Source: Mobula hypostoma
Taxonomy: Eukaryota
Reading direction: 5' to 3'
NCBI RefSeq assembly: GCF_963921235.1
Contig: NC_086108.1
Span: 101,496,001-101,560,000 of the forward strand
Length of the DNA stretch: 64,000 bases
Part shown: one piece after another, positions 37,075 through 50,560 of the stretch
How positions within the stretch are numbered: position 1 is the first letter of the stretch
Layout: every line of letters starts with the position of its first letter
Made by a program: the position numbers and the translations under genes
The notes under the pieces: generated by a model
What the model was told of the DNA's origin: nothing
The model's database searches: none
What the model saw: only the letters and a program-made list of their open reading frames with translations

Positions 37075-37323
37075 GTGGGCGCACAGGGCGTTGATGCCTG
37101 GAGTTCAAATCCAACATCATCTGTAAGGACATCATCCTTCCTGTGGAATGCGTGTGTTTTCTCCAGGTCCTTCCGTTTCCTCCCAGGGTCCAATTAGTAG
37201 GAAATTGGTCATTGCAAATTGTCCTGTGATTAGGCTATTGCCAAATCGGGGGTTGCTGCCCGATGCGCCACAATAGCGTGGAATGGCCTATTCCACGCTG
37301 TATCTCAAATAAATAAAATAAAA
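37075..37323 (+). mobile_element. V-SINE/HE1-like SINE remnant
   Basis: B-box-like gagttcaaatcc; central gcgtgtgttttctcc...tttcctccc...ggtcattgcaaattgtcc; (taaaa)n tail. Confidence 0.55.
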
Positions 37324-38499
37324 ATCTGAAAAGGGAATTTAATTTGTAATGCTTTGACATAGAGATAAGCATACATCTACCGAACCTAGATGTTGTTTCA
37401 TCAGTGAAGTGGAATTCCTTTTCACATATTCTAGTTAATGAAGTCAGCTCTCCGGGAGGAAGAATAATTGTGATTTAGCCAGATTCTATCATCTGGCCCA
37501 TTATGGAGGCAAACCTACGATTAAGCAGTCAGAAGATGACTGGTTGGCCATTTATGTGTATATATATACACAGTATATGCACAAGCAAACATACATGTTC
37601 ATGTACTTGCATACACACAGAGACAGAAATGCACATGAGTATGCACTCACATACATATTAGATAAAGTGATGTTTCTCAGAGCAAAAATGGAAAAAGGAG
37701 GGTCAGGGTAATTGACAGAAGCAGACATATAAAATAAAAGCAATGAGGTCACCTCCTTATTCTTAGACAGTTCCATGGGATGAAAGATAACTTGTTTCCA
37801 CTCTGGTTTTGTAGATTCTGAGACAGCGAATGAGGCCAAAGTGGGAACCAAAGATCTTCCATGGATGTGACAAGAGATGGCAGAGAGTAACTGGGTAGTT
37901 TGTAGGATGGTAGGCTCCTGATGCTTTTCAACACAATCCTGAATGTTATTTCTCCACTTTTAGCGGTCATGGTTTAGAGGTTTCCAGAAGTCAGTAGGGT
38001 GTGCCATGTCATTACTTGTCGATTTTTCTTAAGTTTGTACTTTCAGTAATACAGTATATTCAATAATTTTCAAAGTATCTTATTCTTCTCTTAGCATCTT
38101 GGTATGAAGAGAGAATGAGTGGCAATCTACCGCAGCTATGAGATATTTTTTCAGTGGTACTCTGGTTAATTTGGCCAGCTTGAAACCACAGCCACTTGGC
38201 TCTGGAGCATCAGTTACAATTGTTCCTGAAAATACAGAATTCCAAAATAGGGCAATTTATTGCTTTCACGACTTGCAAAAACATGGATATCAGCTAAAAG
38301 TTTCCCCTCCAACTCTTTCCTATATATATATTTTACTGTTAATTCCAAAAATGATTAATGTGATAATGCCTAATCTGCTCAAACCCGACCTTGCACAATG
38401 TTTTATGTCTGTAGAAGTCTTTACTCTGTTTTTACCAAATTTCTTTAGCCTCTTGAGGAAGTCAAGGCATTAATGAACTTTCTTAGCTGTAGCTGTAGC

Positions 38500-38780
38500 G
38501 TCTTGTGATTGAACCAGGGCAACCTATTGGTGATGTTTACTGCATGGAACCTAAAATTTTTAACCTCAAAACCATTGACAGGAGCATTTGCACCACATCC
38601 CTTCAAAATAATTTGTTTTGGTGACGCTGAGGAAACAGTTGCTGTCATAATACCATGTTACCAAGTTCTTTATCTCCTTTCTGCATTCCAACTCATTGGT
38701 ATCTGAGATATAGTCCACTATGGTGGTACCACCTGCAAACTTGCACATAAAATTAGAGCAGAATCTTGGTACACATTCAT
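38500..38780 (-). mobile_element. Old Rex1-like RT remnant
   Basis: KFAGGTTIV..IS..NE..R.EI..LV.W...N..LSVTKT, a degenerate FADDT region. Confidence 0.6.
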
Positions 38781-40057
38781 GAGTTATATTTATAGATGTG
38801 CTTTCTTATTTTAAAGACTTGTCTGGATAGCTGTCCAGATACCCTTGCACTTACTGGGGATCCCATAAAAGGACCTGAAGAGAAACAAATAGAAAGAAGG
38901 AAGAGGTTGAAAGAGTTTCAGAAAAAAGACATGTGAAGGGTGTAAAGGAATTTGAAGGGACACAGAATGCATGGCTGTTAAAAGAGGAAAATGGCACTGT
39001 ATTGCAGAATCTAGGGGAAGTTGATGGGAATAAGGTAAGAATAGATTACAGTGAAAATCAGTGTGAGTATAAGACAGGAGACATTTTGTAGAATGTGGAG
39101 CAACAAAACAATCTGTTGGAGGAACTCAGTGGACTGAGCAGTGGCAGTGTGGAGAAAGGAATTGTCGCTATTTGCAGATATGATGTTTCAGACATCATAC
39201 AGTTCAGTTATTGCAAGATTGATACAAGGTTTAGATCCTAAATGTCTACAATTTCCTCCCCCCCCCAAAAGATATTGCTTGACCTGCTAAGTTTCTCCAC
39301 AGATTGTTTGTCATGACAGTAAAGCTACTGTAAACTTGTCTTGCAACATAGACGATGGGCAGAAAAGTTGAGGAAGGTGGAAGCAACGAGTTAGAGGATT
39401 ATAAGAATGCACACAGCATCTTTAAGAATGCTTTAGGATTTACAGTGGAAAGAAATAATTGAATCAGAACGGAGACAACAAATCATTCCATTTCATATAC
39501 AGCACAGGAACAGGTCATTCAGCATAGTTCATGCACAATGTCACTGAATGCAGCTTGAGTCTTCATTGCGAGAACCAGAGGGAGGTGAATCTGTGAAATC
39601 CATCACAACAGGTGGCTATGGAGGCCGTCATTGGATACATTTAAAGTGGAGTTTGATAGCTTCTTTGTTATTAAGGGTGTCAAAGATTACAGTGGGGTGA
39701 GGCAGGAAGCTAGGAGAATGGAATTGAGAGGGATAGAAACCAGCCATGATGGAAAGTCAGTCGGCCCAATGGCCTAATTCTGCTTCTATGTTTTATGCTT
39801 CATGGTCTTTTGGTGAAATATCCAGAATATTTTTGGTAGCTATTAAACTGTCAGATTAGTCATACTAGCCACCAAGGAGATCTAGGCTTCAAGACTGGTC
39901 TCTAAAACACAGACCTTTGCTGCTATGAATTCTGAGTTGGTTACAAAGTGGCATATGATAGGGTCGTACCCAACACCAAATTGTTAAGAGTATTAGTGCA
40001 AGCCAGGCAAAAAATGCTCTCTTGATGTCCCACCAGCTAATGCCCTCTTGTAATGTA

Positions 40058-40422
40058 ATGGGGATGGAACTGGACTCTCTCACGGTGGTGTCTGAAAAGA
40101 GGATGCTGTCTAAGTTGCATACCATCTTGGACAATGTCTCCCATCCACTACATAATGTACTGGTTGGGCACAGGAGTACATTCAGCCAGAGACTCATTCC
40201 ACCGAGATGCAACACAGAGCGTCATAGGAAGTCATTCCTGCCTGTGGCCATCAAACTTTACAACTCCTCCCTTGGAGGGTCAGACACCCTGAGCCAATAG
40301 GCTGGTCCTGGACTTATTTCATAATTTACTAGCATAATTTACATTTTACTATTTAACTATTTATGACGAAAACCAATTTCCCCCGGGATCAATAAAGTAT
40401 GACTATGACTATGACTATGACT
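40058..40422 (+). mobile_element. Rex1/Babar-type LINE 3' fragment
   Basis: Near-identical to 320-704; tail (tatgac)x4. Confidence 0.88.
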
Positions 40423-41093
40423 AATCTCACATAGCTTTATTCAGTCAGAGCAGGAAAGAAACCCTGCCAATGTTACTAAAGGTTACTTACAGATCGGCTG
40501 CTGCTTGATTTCTTCTGACTGCTGCTACAACTCTAAAATGATTTATTAGATCTTAGCATTCTTTAAAATTGCTATAGTATTATGTGTCAAACAAAGTATT
40601 TTATTTGAACTGCCACACAAGCTAGTTGCTCTAGAACAGGGCTTCACAACCTGCGGTTGGGAAAACTTGCTCTAAAAGGTCTTTCTCCTGAGAAATGGGA
40701 GACAAGCAGAAGCTATACAGATGAGGATGAGCCCAAAGAGAGGGAGAAAAAGTGAGGAAGACATATTTGTTCTACGAGTTCAGCAGAAAATTCTACGTGA
40801 ACCTCAGAGAGAAAAAAATGAATGGTTCATTTGTGCTCATTGCCATCTGCCACTTCCAGCCACCACAGCTGGAAGCTCAGGGGAGTGGAGGGGAGGGTGA
40901 AGGACACATCGTTAAGATGACTATGGCCATGAAACATTTATCTATAAATCACATTCCAGGCTAGAAGTAGAATGCTGCTGAGTTATCACAATTTGCCTTT
41001 AGGCAAAGCAGAGTGCTGAAACTTGTTGGTCAAGGAAAGGTGCCAATATCTGAATCGCTTTTGCAGGGATAAGCAGACAGCTTAGGTTCTAAC

Positions 41094-41950
41094 CATACAC
41101 ATCAAAGTTGCTGGTGGACACAGCAGGCCAGGCAGCATCTCTAGGAAGAGGTAGAGTCGACATTTTGGGCTGAGACCCTTCATCAGGACTAACTGAAGGA
41201 AGAGATAGTAAGAGATTTGAAAGTGGGAGGGTGAGGGGGATATCCAAAATGATAGGAGAAGATAGGAGGGGGAGGGATGGAGCCAAGAGCTGGACAAGTG
41301 ATTGGCAAAAGGGATATGAGAGGATCATGGGACAGGAGGCCCAGGCAGAAGGAAAAGGGGGAGGGGGGAAAAAAACCCAGAGGATGGGCAAGGGGTATAG
41401 TCAGAGGGACAGAGGGAGAAAAAGGGGAGAGAGAGAAAGAATGTGTGTATATAAATAAATAATGGATGGGGTACGAGGGGGAGGTGGGGCATCAGCGGAA
41501 GTTAGAGAAGTCAATGTTCATGCCATCGGGTTGGAGGCTACCCAGGCGGAATATAAGGTGTTGTTCCTCCAACCTGAGTGTGGCTTCATCTTTACAGTAG
41601 AGGAGGCTGTGGATAGACATATCAGAATGGGAATGAGATGTGGAATTAAAATGTGTGGCCACTGGGAGATCCTGCTTTCTCTGGCGGATAGAGCGTAGGT
41701 GTTCAGCAAAACGATCTCCCAGTCTGCGTCGGGTCTCGCCAATATATAAAAGGCCACATCGGGAGCACCGGATGCAGTATATCACCCCAGCCGTATCACA
41801 GGTGAAGTGTCGCCTCACCTGGAAGGACTGTCTGGGGCCCTGAATGGTGGTGAGGGAGGAAGTGTAAGGGCATGTGTAGCACTTGTTCCGTTTACAAGGA
41901 TAAGTGCCAGGAGGGAGATCAGTGGGGAGGGATGGGGGGGACGAATGGAC
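41094..41950 (-). mobile_element. Penelope 3' fragment with intact GIY-YIG reading frame
   Basis: ORF 41492-42010 VIYCIRCSRCGLLYIGETRRRLGDRFAEH...VATHF...LEEQHLIFRLGSLQPDGMN. Confidence 0.9.
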
Positions 41951-42512
41951 AACCTTATGTTCTAAGGTTAAGCTATGACTGCTGCATGTCAACTTGGAGA
42001 TGTACCACAAATTATATTAAATTATATGCCGACTGATAAAGTTGCTCATCCTTGAAGGCTATTGATGGCCTTCCACAGCCATGCTGCAGACTTTAGAATG
42101 CATGGAATTTGGATGCCAATACTATTGTGTGGTAAGATTAAGATTAGTTTTATTTGTCACGTGCATTAAAACATTGAAACATACAGCAAAGTATGTTGTT
42201 TGTGTCAATAACCAACACGGTCCAGGGATGTGCTGGGCAGACTGAGATGTTCTTGTTACTGTTTGCAGATTTGTTTTCTTGCACGTGAAACGTGGTTTCA
42301 TGTTGTTGTTGCCACTTGTGTGACTTGTTTTTTTCTTGCATGTATTTTTCTTTGAATGGCTTCCATGGTTTTCTTTGTTTTGCGTCTGTCTAGAGAAGAT
42401 GAACCTCAGAGTTGTATACTCCATGCATACTTTGATAATAAATGTACTTTGAACCTTGAACCTTGAAGTGTGACCATGCTTCTGGCACCAAAAACCTACA
42501 AACCTAACCGGT

Positions 42513-42960
42513 AACACACACAAAAAATGCTGGTGAACGCAGCAGACCAGGCAGCATCTATAGGAAGAGGTACAGTCGATGTTTCGGGCCAAGATCCTTT
42601 GCCAGGACTAACTGAAAAAAGAGATAGTAAGAGATTTGAAAGTGGGAGGGGGAGGGGGAGATCCAAAATGATCGGAGAAGACAGGAGGGGCAGGGATGGA
42701 GCTAAGAGCTGGACAGGTGATTGGCAAAAGGGATACGAGAGGATCATGGGACAGGAGGCCTAGGGAGAAAGAAAGGGGGAGGGGGGAAGCCGAGAGGATG
42801 GGCAAGGAGTATAGTGAGAGGGAGGAAACCAGGGCAATTGAAGGAAACCCACGTGGTCACAGGGAGAGAGTACAAACTCCTTACAGACAGTGGCAGGAAC
42901 TGAACCCTGATCATTGGTGTTGTAAAGCATTTTGCTAACTGCTACACTACCATGCCACCC
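42513..42960 (-). mobile_element. Penelope tail (42513-~42820) joined to a V-SINE-like head (~42820-42960)
   Basis: First part matches 27840-28160. Second part on minus reads gggtggcatggtagtgtagc...gggttcagttcc...ctgtaaggagtttgtac. Confidence 0.7.
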
Positions 42961-43576
42961 AAAATCCATTTATCTGAAGGGTCCGATCAGTCACATTCAG
43001 GTCTGATGACCAAGTTAAATTTAAGAGATCCCGAACGATCTCCAGAAATCCGTCTCGTGTGTAAAGTGGAAATCACGGGCCAAACCTAAATCACTGAAAG
43101 ATGCTTGACAACTGTGGCAGAGCTTGAATGCTATCACCACCCTACAAAGTGCAACTAAGCAATACAAGGCTTCACACCCAAATGAGCTCAATGCCTTTTA
43201 TGCTCACTTTGACAATCAAAACATGGCAGCATCTTCATGAACTCCCGAAGACCTTGTGATTTCTGTCTCTAAGGCTGATGTGAGAATATCCTTCAGGAGG
43301 ATGAACCCAAGATGTAGTCCATCTGGTCCAAGTGAGTTATCCCCCTTAAGACCTTTCAGTTCGCCTAACACCTTTTCCTTTGCAATAGCAATGGCACTCA
43401 CTCCTGCTCCCTGACACTTACAGCACACTGCTAGTCTCTTCCACAGTGAAGACAAATCCAAGGTACCCATTAAGTTCATCTGCCATTTCTTTGTCCCCCA
43501 TTACTACCTCACCAGCATCATTTTCCAATGGTCCAATGCTAACTGTTATCTCCCATTTATTCTTTATATCACTGAA

Positions 43577-43989
43577 CTTCTCCATGGATTGTCACCTTGT
43601 TGCGGTGGAGAAGCTTGTGTGGTCCTGTGATCCCGAGAGCAATGCCGTCTGGAGCTATGCTCCTGGTAGGGTCACCTATGGCGGTAAGGTCGAGGGTGAG
43701 GTCCCTGACGAAGAACAATCCAACCATGACCTTCATGGTGGAACAGGCGGACGAAGTTACTTTGAACTCAACGGCTGTGAAGGAGGGTGAAGGCTGCAAC
43801 AAATTCATCAGCTCCAATCGTCGTGGTTTCCATGCCATTGGAATCAGTTGGTTGATTTGTGAAGTATCGTGTGCTTCTTGGAGAGCAACATCAAGTACAC
43901 GTTAAACAAATACACGCACAGGCGCCTTCACTCTGTACGAAACGAAGACCATCATCCTCGACCTCGAGGGATAGCCACGATGACGATTA
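43577..43989 (+). mobile_element. Non-autonomous RTE-like element with 7-bp TSD
   Basis: TSD cactgaa (43570-43576 and 43990-43996). The 5' part gtcaccttg..ggtggag...ctggtagggtcacc resembles fish RTE/Expander 5'UTRs; it ends in gatgacgat. Confidence 0.7.
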
Positions 43990-44347
43990 CACTGAAAAAA
44001 ATGTTTGGTATCCTGCTTTATATTATTGGCTAATTTGCCCTCAAATTTCATCTTTACCCTGATAGCTTTTTTAGTTGCTATGTTTTTTATGCAGACCCTG
44101 GTCAGCCACGGTTGCCTACCCCATGCCATTTGAGAGCTTCTTCTGTGGGACATGTCAATTCTGGGCCTAATGAACTATTCCCAGAAACCTTAGGCAGCTC
44201 TGCTCTGCCATCATCCCTGCAGTATCGCCTCCTACCCACCTGGGCAAGCTCCTCTCTCATGCCTCAGTAATTCCCTTTATTCCATTGCGATACTGATACA
44301 TGTGACTTATGCTTCTCCCTCTCAAATTGCAGCATGAATTCAATCAT

Positions 44348-45265
44348 ATCAGAATCAGAATCAGGTTTATTATCAACGGCATGCAATGCAAAATTTGTTA
44401 ACTTAGCAGCAGTTCAATGCAATACACAATCTAGTAGAGAGAAGAGAGAAAAAAATAATAATAACTAAAAAACATAATAAATAAACAAAGAAATCAATTA
44501 CATATATTGAATATATTTTGAAAAATGTGCAAAAACAGAAATATTGTATATTAAAAAAGTGAGGTAGTGTTCAAAGCTTCAATGTCCATTTAGGAATTGG
44601 ATGGCAGAGGGGAAGAAGCTGTTTCTGAATCATTGAGTGTGTGCTTTCAGGCTTCTGTATCTCCTACCTGATGGTAACAGTGAGAAAAGGGCATGCCCTG
44701 GGTGCTGAAAGTCCTTAATAATGGACACTGCCTTTCTGAGACACAGCTCTCTGAAGATGTCCTGGGTACTTTGTAGGCTAGTGCCCAAGATGGAGCCGAC
44801 TAGATTTACAACCTTCTACAGCTTCTTTTGGTCCTGTGCAGTAGCCCCTCCATACCACACAGTGATTCAGCCTGTCAGAATGCTCTCCACGGTAAAATTA
44901 TAGAAGTTTTTGAGTGTATTTGTCGACATGCCAAATCTCTTCAAACTCCTAATAATGTATAGCTGCTGTCTTGCCTTCTTTATGACTACATCATTATGTT
45001 GGGTCCAGGTTAGATCCTCAGAGATCTTGACACCCAGGAACTTGAAGCTTCTCACTCTCTCCACTTCCAATCCCTCTATGAGGATCGGTATGTGTTCCTT
45101 CATCTTACCCTTCCTGAAGTCCACAATCAGCTCTTTCGTCTTACTGACGTTGAGTGCCAGGTTGTTGCTAAGGCACCACTCCACTAGTTGGCATATCTCA
45201 CTCCTGTACGCCCTCTCGTCACCACCTGAGATTCTACCAACAATGGTTGTATCGTCAGCAAATTT
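44348..45265 (-). mobile_element. Rex1-type LINE 3' fragment
   Basis: KFADDTTIVGRI, LNVSKTKELIVDFRK, FKFLGV; (attctg)n tail. Confidence 0.88.
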
Positions 45266-45566
45266 CTGTCTCCTAAGGCTCCTTTACATTAAGCTCCCTG
45301 ACAAGATGTAGATTATTACAAAACACCTAATCTTAGATAACCTTTCCCCAAGTAGGCTCAAACACAAGCCGTTCCAAAAAGCCAACTCGTAAGCATTCAA
45401 CAAATTCTCTCTCTTTCGATCTGACACCAACCTGATTTTCCCATTATTCTTACATATTGAAGTCCCCCATTATAATTATGTCATTACTCTTATTAAATGC
45501 CTTTTCCAGCTCCCTTTGCAATCTCAACCACACATCATGGCTACAATTTGATTTTTATACATGATT

Positions 45567-45920
45567 TAGATAGATAGATATACTTTATTGATCCCGAGGG
45601 AAATTGGGTTTCGCACCAACCAAGAATAGAGCATAAATATAGCAATACAAAACCCACAAACAATCAAACAACAATATGCAAACTATGCCAGATGGAAATA
45701 AGTCCAGGACCAGCCTATTGGCTCAGGGTGTCTGACCCCCCATGGGAGGAGCTGCAAAGTTCGATGGCCACAGGCAGGAACAACCTCCCGTGACGCCCAG
45801 TGTTGTATCTTGGTGGAATATGGCCGGAGTCCAACAGCAAAAAGTTCAATATCCGGTCTACAAACACGTTCCTCGATCATAATATGACCAGGATTGCACC
45901 ATCCATTGTTAACCAGAACA
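45567..45920 (-). mobile_element. Rex1/Babar-related short 3' fragment with (TATC)n tail
   Basis: Shares tactttattgatccc...gtccaggaccagcctattggctcagggtgtctgaccc with 29318-29480. Confidence 0.75.
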
Positions 45921-46599
45921 TTTCCATAATGCTTTTTTATCCTTGTAGTTTCTTCACTCTACCCACAAAAATTCAGGTGGTTAGGCAGCCTTCCAGTGGA
46001 AGATTGAAGATCCTTCATCAGAATTTGAAAGAAGATTTAAAAAAAATTGTTAAAGTGCAAAGAATTTCAATACTTATGCAGGAAATTGACTCATGATGTC
46101 TACTGGCTCTTTTTGCTTCTATTGATGCTGAAAAACCCATTTAGATCTTCCAGCAATTTAATTCTTGTTTCCAGACTCCAGCATCTGCAGAATCATTGAT
46201 ACCCTACTAAGATCCAATGGGGAAGAGGGAACATGCCTGATAGGGTACAACCGGGGTACACACCTCATGTATGCACAGTTTTGAGCTACTAAGCTGTTCT
46301 ATCTTGTTCAGGTCACATATTTTACAAGTAAGCAACAAGATGAAGAACTTCGGTATGCGGCCAGGACTATATATCGATAAGGACAGTGTGCCATCCATTC
46401 TTATTGATCCCATCACGCATAGTTTAGATTTGACTCTGGTAGATGTGAAGACGAGAACAATTAAATTTATCCTTTATTCATTACCTACTGCTCAGTCATT
46501 TTAGCAGGTATGTCCTTAGAGATTCAAATAGCTCAGTCAGAGGTGATGTTACAACCCACTACTGTTGATGGAATTGAAAGGCTCCCACCCAGAGTAAAT

Positions 46600-47105
46600 C
46601 ATAAACGCAAGAGATTCTGAAGATGCTGGAAATCCAGAGCTACACACATAATATGCTGTAGAAACATAATATGCTGGTGGAACCGAGGAAGTCAATCAGT
46701 AACTATAGAGAGGAATAAACAGGCAATGTTTCAGGTTGGGACTCTCCATCAGGACAGTCAAGGAAGGGGGAAGAAACCAGAAAAGAAGGTGGGAGAAGGA
46801 GAAAGAGTATAAGCTAGAAGGTGATATGTGAAGCCATGTGAGGGGGTAGGTAGGTGGCTGGATGAGGAAGGATGAAGTGAGAAACTGGGAGGTGATAGGT
46901 GGAAAAGGTGAAGTGCTGAAGAACAAGGAATCTGATAGGAGCGGAGAAAGAACCATGGGAGAAAGGGAAGGAGGTGGGGCAGTCAAGGGAGGTGAAAGGC
47001 TAGAGAGGAGAAGGGAAGGGGTAAAGAGGGGACACAGAATGGGGGATAGAAAAAGAGAGAAGAGGGTAGGGGTGATAAATTACCAAAAATCAGAGAAATC
47101 AATAT
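46600..47105 (-). mobile_element. Penelope-type tail remnant
   Basis: gatgctggaaatcc, degenerate hammerhead (46723-46755) and purine tract. Confidence 0.7.
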
Positions 47106-47189
47106 TCTTGTTGTATGAGGTATTGCTCGTGACCGTGAACCGGAATGCAGACTTCACGGACCGGACCATGACGTTGTGAGGTGCATATT

Positions 47190-49120
47190 ATGCCTCAGGA
47201 GCCTGATTGACTTATTCAAGACAGGGACAAAGCAATTTGCTGAAGGTAGAGCAGTGGGAATGGTGTATATGAAGGTGTTTGTCAAAGTTCCCATGGAAGG
47301 CTCATCCAGAGAGTGGGATCCATGGAAACTTGGCAGTGTGAATTTGGAATTAGCTTGCCACAGAAGTTCAAAGGATGGTAGTAGTTAGGGCTTATTCTGC
47401 GTAGAGGTCAATGACTAGTGGTATTCCACAGGAATCTGTTCTGCTCATTGTGATTTTTATAAATGATTTAGATGAGGAAGTGGAAGAGTGGGTTAGTAAG
47501 TTTGCAGATGATATGAATATTAATGGCATTATGGATAGTGTAGAAGGTTGTCATAGGTTAGGACGGAACATTGATAGTATGCAGAGCTGGGTTGAGAAAT
47601 GACAAATGGAATTCAATTCATAAAAGTGTGAAGTGATACACTTTGGAAGGCTGAACTTGATGGCAGATTACAAGGTTTATGACAGGCTGTGAGGAGGAAC
47701 AAGGGGATCCTGGGGCCCAAGTCCATAGGTCCCTCAGAGCTGCTGCACAAGTTGATAGGGTGGTTGAGAAGGCATATGGTGAGTTGGCCTTTATCATTTG
47801 GGAACTTGAGTTCAAGAACCACAAAGTAATATTGCAGGTCTATAAAGCTCTGGTCAGACCATGCTTGGAGTTTTGAGTTTTGTTCTGGTCACTTTATATG
47901 AAGGTTGTGGAAGCATTAGAAAGGGTGCAGAGGAGTGTTAACAAGATGATGCCTAGATTAGAGAGCATATTTAATAAGGAAAGTTTGTGCAAGCTATGGC
48001 TTTTCTCTTTGGAGCAAAGGAGGATACTACTACTACTATGTCGACTCAGGCCTAGGGGGCTGACGTCGGGCACGATGACGGACTCTCCACTTCTCCCTCT
48101 CCCTCATCAGCGTGTTCAGTTCATCTACATTAGCCGCGCTGCTGTCTTCTAGGAGCGTGTTGACCATAGTCTTGGGAGGGTGCCCAGGGTTCATCCTCCC
48201 GTGCTTGGGCTCCCATATGATGACTAGGCTGGCAGGTAGCTCGGGGTGGTGTAGACAGTGCCCCGCTAGTTGCAGTCTTCTTGCCTCAATTTTAGTCGTG
48301 AGCATCGGTAGGTTGTTATAGAGCTCGACGTTCATCATGTGCTGTTGCCAACTCATGTCAAGAGCCATCCGGAGCATTTGTGTATAGCAACCATCTAGAG
48401 ACTTTCGCATAGTCTTGGTGAGTGTCCACGTCTCGCATCCGTACGTGAGAGTGGACTCTGTAACTGCTATGAAGATCCTCTTTTTAAGCCCTCTGGTCAG
48501 ATTTGACTTCTAGATTTCCTTCATGTTGTTCATAGCCCTCCACGCCAGCACCTTCCGTATCTTTATGTCCTTCTCTGAACTCATCATTCTCGACCCGAGG
48601 TACTTGTAGTTAAAGGCTTTCTTAATGGTATCATTCCCTACGGTCTTTAGAGTACCTTCGTCGCAGTTAAAGGCCATGTACTCTGTCTTTTTAGCGTTTA
48701 GGTGAGGTCCAACTTCATTGCATTCTATTTCCAAGGAGGATGAAAGGTGTATAAGATAGTAAGAAGCACAAGTAATGAGGATAGTTAGTGCCTTTTCCCC
48801 AAGGTGGCAATGGTTAATACCAGAGGACCTCCTTTTAAGGTAAGTGGAGGAAAGTTTAGCGGGGATATATCAGAGGTAGGTGTTTTTACACAGGGAGTGG
48901 TAAGTGCCAGGAATGCACTGCTGGGTGTGGCGGCAGAGGCTGATTCACTGGGGGCATTTAAAAGACTCTTAGATAGGCATATGGATGAAAGTGAAAATAG
49001 AGGGCTTTGGTCTATGCAGGAGGGAAGGTTAGATCGATTGTTGAGTCAGTTAAAAGGTCAGCATGATACGTGGGCTGAAGTGCCCAACACTGCTCTACTG
49101 GTCAACATTATGTTTTATGT
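47190..49120 (+). mobile_element. Old CR1 RT remnant interrupted by an RTE
   Basis: SGIPQ, KFADD, LERVQR motifs. Confidence 0.8.
48026..48732 (-). mobile_element. RTE/RTE-X LINE 3' fragment with 9-bp TSD
   Basis: LNAKKTEYM..YKYLGS, YGCETWTLT, RRLQLAGHC..HPE; (TAG)n tail; TSD aaggaggat (48017-48025 and 48733-48741). Confidence 0.9.
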
Positions 49121-49362
49121 TCTACTATTCCTATTGTGAAGGCAATATCCTTAAGCTTTCTTTTGCTATCTTTGTGTATTTAGTATAAATAGTGACCCCA
49201 GCGATCAGACACACAATAATTATGACAACTGCTGAAAGATTCTCAACTTGAAACAGCAACTTTATTTCCCTCTTTTTAGATGCTATATGTCTTGCAGAGT
49301 ATTTCCAGTACTTTCAGGTTTTTCTTGAGTAGTGGCTTACATCATAGAAAAGAAACAATGCT

Positions 49363-49368
49363 TTTATT
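49363..49368 (-). promoter_or_regulatory. Candidate polyadenylation signal of the CLCA gene
   Basis: AATAAA on minus about 500 nt after the stop codon. An alternative lies at ~49747. Confidence 0.45.
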
Positions 49369-49861
49369 GTGGACAATACATTATCTGTATACAGCAAATT
49401 AAGCAGCCTAAACATTAGCTGTTGTTACTGATTCCACACCTTTAAAAACACACGAATTTACTCAAAAATGACAATGGGTTTTGGAAATGAAGAAAATAAG
49501 ACAAAGGGAATTCTTCAATACTTTGATAACTTTCTCATCCCCATTCTAAATTTATATGAATTGGCAGAATTTCTTGTGCTGTTTTGGTGAAATAGCTGTG
49601 CTCACACATCCTGGTGTATAACCAACTGGTCAGTTTATAGCCAGGACTATAAAAAATAGACAGTGAGTAAATTTATACAGGAATTCTTCCAATTGTTGTA
49701 ACTTTGGGATGAGGGATGAGCAAATGCTGGAAAAATATCAAAAGTGTTTATTTTCCTCAAATCCAACCCATTCTCTATGATTTAATCTACAACCAAATAA
49801 AGGGTTTTGATCATCAGTCTCTTTAGTAGCAAGCTGTCTGTTTAATGTGGCTTTGAAAGCA

Positions 49862-50259
49862 CTATGCAGCTGCAGAAATTTTCTTTGTCCTTTTTGCATA
49901 CATAATAAAAATAATTATCCCTGCAACCAAACCCACAATACCTATGACAACTGCAGCAATCCAGGCTTTTGGTGATACATAATTATCATTCAGGTCAACC
50001 AAAGGCTCGACCAAAAGCACAAAGAAAGTTACCTTGGCAATGTTTGACAGTTCTGATGCATGATTGCTTTTGTCATATGCACGCACAGCAAAATAAACAG
50101 TTGCACCATTTTGCAAACTTGGTTTCTCAGGAAAAAATACTGTTTCCTTGGAGCCGTATGGCTGTGGATGCATGTCGGTCAAATTAATTAATGGAGCTTT
50201 GGGGAAATTGTCCCTTAGCTGTAGCAGATTATCACTCATTCTCAGCTCGTAGCGAGATG
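49862..50259 (-). CDS. CLCA: CLCA-family gene, terminal coding exon (FnIII end plus transmembrane helix)
   Basis: Acceptor ttccttttttag. Translates ASRYELRMSDNLLQLRDNF...NGATVYFAVRAYDK..SELSNIAKV, like the CLCA C-terminus, then hydrophobic AWIAAVVIGIVGLVAGIIIFIMY, KRTKK and stop. Confidence 0.9.
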
Positions 50260-50469
50260 CTAAAAAAGGAAATCAAAAAATTGGATGTAAATGTTTGTCT
50301 TTGTGTACAATTGGAAAAGGCATACAATTTCCTTAGTATTATGAAAAACAGCCAAAGCTACAAGGGTAAAGAAGAAATTTGGCATAACCTTACGACCCTT
50401 ACTAATTTTTAATCGATGCACCATAGAAATAATTCCACCTTGAAGAATAAAGGCTTGATATTATTCCTA

Positions 50470-50560
50470 GGTGTCTGTGAGATGAAGCATCTTGGCCTGA
50501 AACGTTGATATTCCATAGATGCTGCCTGACCTGTTGAGTTCTTCAGCACTTTTTCTGTGT
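50470..50560 (+). mobile_element. Penelope tail remnant
   Basis: ttggcctgaaacgttga...atagatgctgcctgacctgttgagttcttcagca. Confidence 0.6.

Larger units (their letters stand above)
43315..45970 (-). mobile_element. Old CR1 ORF2 remnant with three nested insertions
   Basis: LKGLKGDNSLGPDGLH motif, and similarity to 760-1430. Interrupted at 43577, 44348 and 45567. Confidence 0.7.

Noticed and set aside
37555..37640. (TA/CA)-rich tract
   Set aside because: It is an ordinary degenerate microsatellite.
34550..39900. Exons of a neighbouring gene or a second CLCA paralogue in the TE-poor stretch
   Set aside because: No ORF with recognisable similarity or credible splice pattern was seen. Regulatory elements cannot be assessed from sequence alone.
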